Shown: positions 57,801 through 64,000 of the stretch, piece after piece | How positions within the stretch are numbered: position 1 is the first letter of the stretch | How the letters are laid out: every line of letters begins with the position of its first letter | NCBI GenBank assembly: GCA_051294375.1 | Contig: CM119264.1 | Span: forward strand, 23,910,002 to 23,974,001 | Reading direction: 5' to 3' | DNA length: 64,000 nucleotides | Origin: Paraspadella gotoi | Lineage: Eukaryota > Animalia > Chaetognatha | Notes under the pieces: generated by a model | The model's database searches: none | What the model saw: only the letters and a program-made list of their open reading frames with translations | What the model was told of the DNA's origin: nothing | Position numbers and translations under genes: made by a program

Positions 57801-60245
57801 TATATACCTGCTGATCGAAGAGAGCCCAAAATATAACGATGGGAATCAAAACGGTCATGACGTTGAAGACGACTTTGATGTCCGCGATGAGTCGGTTCGA
57901 GTATTTGTCATCAGCCCAATCCAGCCAATGGCGGCGCCACTGGTCGGCGCCGGAGCGAAATTTCCGCTTGAGGGCGTAACAGACGCATCGAACGACGTCT
58001 GTATGAATCAATGTCGAAGAGACGAAAAAATTATTAATTTATTATAAATTATAAATAATAAAATGGGAGTCCTTGGGCTAAAATCAGGATGAAGGACTAC
58101 TTGCAGATTAGCCGGCCGGTACCACTTAAAAGATAAGCGGCAACTGGGCTAAAAACCCAGGGCCTTTTGGCTTGGAGGCGGATGACTTGCCTCCGAGTCA
58201 AACGACTGACGGACCATGTCAATCAATTTTAAGCCAAAACCTATTACGTGACACGTCAATTGTGACGCTGAAGAGACAGATGTAAGCACTAAGTAGTCCC
58301 TGAGTTTCGCATCAGGCTTTGACACCATTTTACAGGCGCGTGACGCGCCCCGTCCCTCTTAAGTGCTTGGCGGCTACCGAGCTAGAACCCTTTAGGTTGG
58401 GAGGCGAATGACTTGCTTCCTGCACCAAAGGCCGCTGAACGGTTCCACCATTATGGATCATTTGTCATAATCCCCGTGCTGACCTCCGAAAATATTTCCT
58501 TCTGGTGGATTTTTTTTGTACTTCGTGATGACGTCACCGAGTATAAAGAAACCGACGGCGATGATCATCAAAATGGCGGGGACGCCGAACGCTAGAGGGT
58601 AGCACGTGATCTCGCCGAAACAGCCAACGTCGGCTGAAGTAATCAAGTAGTAAATTAAGTAGTTAATAAATTAAAGATAAATTAATTTAAAAAAATCGGT
58701 CAATAAATCAATCGCCAAGTAAATCAATTAATAAATAAAATATCAATTAATCAATCAAGAAACCGGCTAATAAATTTATAAATCAATATATTAATTAATC
58801 AACCACCTCTTAGTATGGGAGTGAGCAGCATTGAGACGACCGACCCGGCGTTGATAGAGAAATAAAACATGGAGAAAAAAGTCCCGATTTTAGATTCGTT
58901 GCCGTCGGAAAATTGATCGCCGCCGAACGCAGCGACGCAAGGCTTGATGCCGCCTTAAAAACAACAACGATTCTATAATTTTAAAAATATACGTTATACA
59001 GTATTATGGCGCTGATTAAAGATCACCGGGCCGTGTAGACAAAGCGTTGATTTCTTTTTCAAAGGATTCTCTCGCTCAAACTTACCATAACTTGCAACCC
59101 AATTTCAGGTCATTCTGTAACGGGCATTGCACAGTTTCCGCCTCATAAATATATCGATCACTCAGTGGCTAATTGAGTAAAGCCATCGGCTCATAACTGG
59201 GAGGGATCCCAACTAGGTACTTATCCTACGGAAAGCGTGAGGAGTGCCGTAAATCGACTTGGTGGCGTGAAAAAAAAATCCATAAAGCCTGCTTCCACGT
59301 CCAGGACCCGTCATACAATACTACCAGCATTCCATTCCCTTTTGACTCCTTACCGGTTCCGATCCCGATGAGCAAGAGTCCCACCATGGGCCCGTACCAC
59401 ATGTGAGGTCCAGCGCCGAATTGGGGAATGGCGGTGAGCGACATGACTAGATTTCCGATCGAGTAGACGATCGAGATTAGCATAATCGTTTTGAATTTCC
59501 CCCAGTAGCTGTCGGCGATGAGGGCACCTTCGGAGGTGGGGTAGGGAAAAGGGGGTAGAGGGGGGGGAGAAAGCAGGGTCGAGGTGGCATTAACAGGGTA
59601 GAGGTGTGGAGAGAATAAAAATCAAAGAGGGTAAGATTAAGAAGCTTCTGCTCCGTCGGTTTTAAAAACCTTATCCCCACGCATCATACTTAAAAAGTAG
59701 AAATGCATGAAAAAATCTGACCTAGCAAAGGCGTTCCGTAGCAGACCATGTTAAAGCCGTGCGCGAGGGCGACGGCCGTGTTTGGGGACATGTAAAGATA
59801 GTTCTGCGATTAGGATGCGAAAAAAAAATAGTATCGATATAAAACAATAAGATGTATGGTTACTTCAAATAATAAGAAAATAAAATAATAATAATCAATA
59901 CGAGACTAGTCAACTTTTGAACGTGCAACAGTAACCTACAGTAAAATTCATCGAATAGGTACTATATGACTTTAAAAAAAACAAACTCTAAAACTAAGTA
60001 CCAACTGATTCGCACGTAACACGCCCCCCCCCCAATCGACTGAAACATGGTTTCACTCACAGTGAGATAAATGATCAAAATCGCCTTCATCCCGTAAAAG
60101 GAGAATCGCTCGCAGAATTCATTGCCGATGATGAAGAAGACGGCGTTGGGAAAACCAAACAGCTGAATTTTGGGGGTTGATTGATTTGATGGATTTGATT
60201 GATTTGATTGATTGATTGATTGATTAAAGTAAAACTTACCCCCAT
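48873..60245 (-). CDS. SLC15A1-like: SLC15/PTR2 (POT family) proton-coupled oligopeptide transporter, PEPT1/PEPT2-like; complete, 16 coding exons, 703 aa
   Basis: Exons (minus): 60245-60240, 60162-60061, 59803-59722, 59527-59354, 58953-58807, 58633-58484, 57998-57808, 57185-57117, 56755-56608, 56168-56029, 55460-55204, 54903-54809, 50284-50121, 49828-49724, 49496-49330, 48987-48873. All introns GT-AG, phases consistent, total 2112 nt. Motifs: [11 protein letters not shown] (ExxER), [69 protein letters not shown]...AE...FAYSQGP.SMKS; large extracellular domain as in animal PEPT1/2. A1 vs A2 orthology cannot be decided by eye. Confidence 0.96.
50415..50537 (+). mobile_element. tRNA-derived SINE family 1 copy, interrupted by the foldback element (continues ~51156-51168)
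   Basis: cagcggccattagtgccggagggaagtcattcgcctcccaacccaaaggtccgggttctagcc with A/B-box-like motifs; homologs at ~23597, ~58330 (minus), ~58100 (minus). Confidence 0.75.
50538..51146. mobile_element. 609-bp foldback (palindromic) non-autonomous DNA transposon with 9-bp TSD, Mutator-like
   Basis: Ends TAAGGCGTAGT...ACTACGCCTTA; arms are imperfect reverse complements to the centre near 50830 (cgcagtaggccatatttata / tataaatatggcctactgcg; tcattaagtgggt / acccacttaatga); CTGTTACAG at 50529-50537 and 51147-51155. Confidence 0.9.
52138..53749 (+). pseudogene. Intronless S/P/Q-rich ORF (451 aa, 52301-53656) nested antisense in intron 12 of the SLC15 gene; probable frameshifted 5' part and stop-interrupted Q-rich 3' part
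   Basis: Non-microsatellite 1356-nt ORF with an internal ~285-nt duplication (starting 52421 and 52706) and a PKKQR NLS-like motif. An upstream ATG at 52138 after an acceptor-like cacag runs in another frame to TAA near 52306; past the stop the frame reads TAA CTC AAG TAG CAA CAG ATG CAA...CAG CAA TAG CTG TAA ATG CAA TAA. Confidence 0.55.
56277..56470 (+). mobile_element. Degenerate tRNA-Ser(GCT)-like head with structured tail (SINE-like) in SLC15 intron 9
   Basis: GGTAAAGCGAGGGA-TTGCTAC-TCCC resembles a tRNA-Ser D-loop and anticodon arm; no intact T-arm; nested stems CCCGT/ACGGG, GTCGT/ACGAC downstream. Single copy in the window. Confidence 0.4.
56814..57095. mobile_element. MITE-like element with ~19-bp terminal inverted repeats in SLC15 intron 8
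   Basis: TTCGATCGCGCCCCATTTC at 56814 versus GAAATGGGGCGCTTTCGAA ending 57095 (17/19), very AT-rich interior; no clear TSD. Confidence 0.6.
58100..58210 (-). mobile_element. More diverged SINE family 1 copy
   Basis: Reverse complement ggaggcaagtcatccgcctccaagccaaaaggccctgggtttttagccc. Confidence 0.6.
58330..58440 (-). mobile_element. tRNA-derived SINE family 1 copy in SLC15 intron 6
   Basis: Reverse complement cagcggcctttggtgcaggaagcaagtcattcgcctcccaacctaaagggttctagc...ttaagagggacggggcgc...cgcctgtaa matches the 50415 copy. Confidence 0.78.
59158..59312 (+). mobile_element. Diverged, truncated copy of the tRNA-Met-headed element in SLC15 intron 4
   Basis: gtggctaattgagtaaagccatcggctcataac...gcgtgaggagtgccgtaa...ggcgtgaaaa...aagcctgcttccacgtccaggacccgt aligns with 61561-61713. 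Confidence 0.8.
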
Positions 60246-60646
60246 AGTCTCCGATTTTCAGATTCGGAGAAAAAAAATGGTTTTGTTTTATTATATTTCA
60301 GTTTTTAAGTAAACGCTCGTATTGTTTTCGTGAAAGTTCGTCTTATCTCATTTTTTAAAAATTTTTATTGATGTCAGGTGATTAACTTTTAGAAAAAAAA
60401 TTCATTAAAAAAATGTTATCTATTACAGGATTAAAAATGTGGGAGTGAATGGTTGTATGGAATACGGGGTCGGTTTTTTTAAATTTTTCACAAATGGGAA
60501 AACATATTTTTATTGAAAAGAAAGTAAATTAAAAACTATTTGAAAAATTGTACTGAATTTTGCACCTAAGTATTTTTACTCCTAATCTTATCACGATTTG
60601 ATTTGTCAGAGATCGTCCCTTTATTTTTTCCGTTTCTTTAAAGTCG

Positions 60647-60729
<83 letters not shown>

Positions 60730-61322
60730 GAACAAAAAAAAATAGGAAAAAAGAAGAACAAAGAAAATAATGGTTAGCAATAGTATACCAAAATGTTGAG
60801 CTAGTCACTAAGGTCCTCACCAAAAATCCCAAGCCATCTTTCCAGCCACATTTTCCCGACCGAAATGAGACTTTCATACAACCGCGATGATACGCCCTGA
60901 AACTATCTCCCTTTTCGTTTGTCAAATTTCCTTTTCAATCAATTTTTCGTTTCGTTTTTATAATCCTTGTTAACTCGGACCAAATGAAGAAACATTAAAC
61001 CATAAATTTTTGCTCTTCTCTTTTACTACCTAATCATGTTAATGGGATCAAATAAATTAAATACTTGAATCCAAAAAAAAAAAATAACTTCTTGGGTGTT
61101 TTTGATCGTTTAATTTTCATTCTGACCAACACCAATTAAACTTTTTAAAGTGAGATTCAATTGATTTGTACACCAAATAGTAAAAGTGAAATAGAAAAAG
61201 TTTTTTAAAAAATGAAACTTTCGAATCATTATTCGTTGAAAAATATCACAGTCATAATTTCTAGAAATAAAATTTGTCGTATATTTTACGGAATAAAATA
61301 CACAATTCTAGATGAAGCGAAA

Positions 61323-63712
61323 TCATTGGACGTCAACAAGTGGATCGTCATCATTGTCGTTTCTTACTTCGTCGGCCTCTGATTGGTCGAAATTCGGTTC
61401 AAGGTTTGGTTCCCGATTCTCAACGTACCTGGATTGGGAACAAATTCATAAATATTATGAATTTATATGACAACTTATTCAAATCACAAATATTACATAC
61501 TTGTAGTCGGGCATAGCAAAGTTCACCCCGCCTCTAAGCATGACACCTTCAGTCTGACCCGGTGGCCTCATTGAGTAAAGCCATCAGCTCATGACCACTA
61601 GGTACGGGTTCAATCCCAACCCGGTACCTACCCTGCGGGAAGTGTGAGGACGGCCGTAAGCCGCCCTGGGGGCGTGGAAAACCCTCAAGCCTGGTTCCAA
61701 GCCCAGGACCCGTTCCATAGCTGCTAGAGGGGGTTAAGAAGTTACGGATAGTCATCTTCAGCCCACTTAGCGCCTTATCCACACTGGTGAGCCCATCCTG
61801 TCGAGCGTTTCCAACCTTCTGATTCCAGGCCCATGGACGTGCTGAAGATTGCTCCCCTCCCTCCACTGGAAGCAGTGCAGGGTGGGTTACAATCTGGGGG
61901 CATGTAGTCGGGCATAGCAAGTTCACCCCGCCTCTAAGCATGACACTTCAGTCCTGACCCGGTGGCTCATTGAGTAAAGCCATCAGCTCATGACCACTAG
62001 GTACCGGTTTCAATCCCAACCCGGTACCTACCCTGCGGGAAGTGGTAGGACGGCCGTAAGCCGCCTTGGGGGCGTGGAAAACCCTCAAGCCTGGTTCCAA
62101 GCCCAGGACCCGTCTTCATAGCTGCTAGAGGGGTTAAAGAAGTTACGGAAATAGTCAAATCCTTCGCCCACTTAGCGCCTTATCCACATACTAATAAATA
62201 TTATAAATAACTAACTAAACTTAGGATAACTTGTTCGCCAGTTTCGAAAAATAAGATGTGCTGATGAAGACTTGAATTAAGGTCGAACCACGTTCACTCT
62301 CTCAAAATAAATCGTTGAAAAATATTTCAAACTTTTTCTCATTGTTGAAAAATTTATAACTTAACACAAACCTTAACCATTCAACAATTGACAATAACTA
62401 TCTCATCAATCGATCGATCAATTCGCCTGTATCTCATGGCGATGGCGACGAAGACTGCGGTGACGACGAAGACGACTCCAGCGAAGAAGAACATCTCGAT
62501 CCAGTTGCGTTTGAAGGCGTCGGAGACCAAAATAATCACGTCAACGAGATTCCCGAAAAATATGGTCAACAACCAGGAAGCCTTATAAGGTATTGAACCT
62601 CCTATAAACGCCTGCTTAATGCGTTAAATATACCATATATTTTTAGTTAAATAAATATTATTCACTATTATTATTCGATTTTCACTAATATATAATATTA
62701 TTAACTAATATAACTGATAATATTCAGTCATACTGGTTGGCATTTTTTTCAACCTGCACGATAGACTTCATCGAGTTTGGCGCCTGGGAATAGGCGAAGG
62801 ACAAAGCGGAAATGGCCAATAGGATTTCCCCCATCACGAAAATTACAGTTTGAGGTAACTGAGAAAAAAAAGTTGTATTCATTTACATTTATTTTCAATT
62901 GAGATCCATTTGACGACTTAACTAGACAAACACAAATACAACAATGTTATTTTTAAATTAGTAAATTTTTGCGTAATTTCCTGTTATTAAATTTTTAAGG
63001 TGGCGATCATCATCACCATCATCATTTTTTTACTCATCCAGTTCCAGACTCCAGCCACGGTAATCTCACAGACCTGCCAGAAAATGTTGACACGAAAATG
63101 GTCGGTGGTCTCCACCAAACTTGGTGTGGCTCGTCCGCCTTCGCCTTCGACGACCGTCAAGGCGTAGACGCCTCCGTTGACGAGTTCCAACTCGTCGTCG
63201 ACGTCGTCTTCGATCTTCAAAGAATATCGATCTGGATGGGAAGGTTGAAAGTGATGGAGAAACGGACGGACAAACGGGCAATTAGATGGACAGGCGGATA
63301 TTCTGATGGACAAACGCAAACAGATGGACTAACAGACAGAGACTAGCAGAGAAGCCATTTTACATGACAGACAGATGAAGAGAGACCAATATTCTGACAG
63401 GCAGACAGACACAGAAAGATATATTGAAACGGATAAATAAACTGGCAGACAGAAACGCATAAAGACAGACGGTCGGGTCTTTCCAAATAGAAAAAAACTG
63501 TTAGACAGAAAAACAGTAGGCAAGATATGGATCAATATCTAGAGCCTTCGCTCAATACAGAAAGACAGATAGACGGACGAAAGGACAGACCCGGATCGAT
63601 GGTGAAGACGTTTCTCTCTAGACTGGAGTTGATCTTCAAAGGCTCCGCCCCGAGTTTGTCGTCGTCGACGATGAGGATTTTGTGTCGAAGGGATTTCGAG
63701 GGGGAGATCACG
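61323..63712 (-). CDS. SLC15A1-like: Second SLC15/PEPT-like oligopeptide transporter (tandem paralog); last 5 exons, 5' part lies beyond the window
   Basis: Exons (minus): 63712-63591, 63231-63074, 62858-62754, 62581-62427, 61428-61323. Translation includes NGGVYALTV, NIFWQLPQTVIFVMGEILLAISALSFAYSQAPNSMKSIVQASWLLTIFFGNLVD, EMFFFAG, MRYRYVE; intron positions and phases match the last introns of the neighbouring paralog. The last intron needs a GC donor. Confidence 0.93.
61502..62188 (+). mobile_element. Tandem 1.7-mer of a 401-bp tRNA-Met-headed structured element with target-site duplication
   Basis: tgtagtcgggcatagcaa starts at 61502 and again at 61903; similarity continues to 62188. ACATACT at 61495-61501 and 62186-62192. 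tRNA-like part from ~61556: D-arm GGCT/AGCC (clean in copy 2), loop CTCATGA, T-arm GGGTTCAATCCC. Confidence 0.8.
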
Positions 63713-64000
63713 CTGAGGTGGAAGGAATGGGAGGAGGGGGGAGGAAGGAAGAATCAATGGGGCAAAAGAAGTAGGCGATGTATTACAGAGGCGGATGTGG
63801 GGAACAATGTCTCGCGGAAAGAAACTCTTGTGTGATTAATTCATTGATTAATCTGTCATTTAAATAAAGGTATATGTATTTTTCATTTATTAGTCATTGA
63901 TAATTATTATAGCTCATTACGCTTTTCGAATATTTTACAACAAAGTTGTTGGGTACTTGGTGTTTAGGTAGTTGTACCGATGTGTTCGCTCAGCTCACAC

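Noticed and set aside
61556-61628. Functional tRNA-Met gene (likewise tRNA-like heads at 23597, 50415, 56277, 58330)
   Set aside because: Acceptor or anticodon stems are broken and the heads continue into non-tRNA bodies.
61750-61860. Hammerhead ribozyme from CTGAAGA motifs on either strand of the tandem unit
   Set aside because: Could not build stems II and III with a correctly placed GAAA and UH.
61846-61900. HDV-like ribozyme
   Set aside because: Lacks P1.1 GG and a J4/2 catalytic C; better explained as one long hairpin (AGATTG/CAATCT, CCCTCCCT/AGGGTGGG, CACTG/CAGTG).

Overview
AT-rich, microsatellite-laden ((GA)n, (GAC/GAT)n, (AAAG)n) genomic DNA of an intron-rich animal; not prokaryotic. 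Almost all ORFs in the supplied track are repeat artefacts. Real genes, all spliced on the minus strand and reconstructed by hand with consistent intron phases: a complete 16-exon SLC15/PEPT-type proton-oligopeptide transporter (48873-60245, 703 aa), the last five exons of a tandem SLC15 paralog (61323-63712), and eight exons of a divergent XK-related membrane protein (34481-38728, 5' end not found). Other candidates are a 47-aa secreted, probably amidated peptide precursor (9176-9319) and an antisense, apparently decaying Q/S/P-rich ORF nested in an SLC15 intron. Mobile DNA: at least three tRNA-derived SINE-like families, a 609-bp foldback element with a 9-bp TSD inserted into a SINE, a DINE/HINE-like element and a minisatellite inverted repeat. 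Best candidate for something new: a TSD-flanked, circularly permuted 1.7-mer of a 401-bp unit that pairs a tRNA-Met-like Pol III promoter with a twister-ribozyme-like fold (61502-62188). Duplications around the N gaps are probably assembly artefacts. All calls are by eye; no database searches were run.
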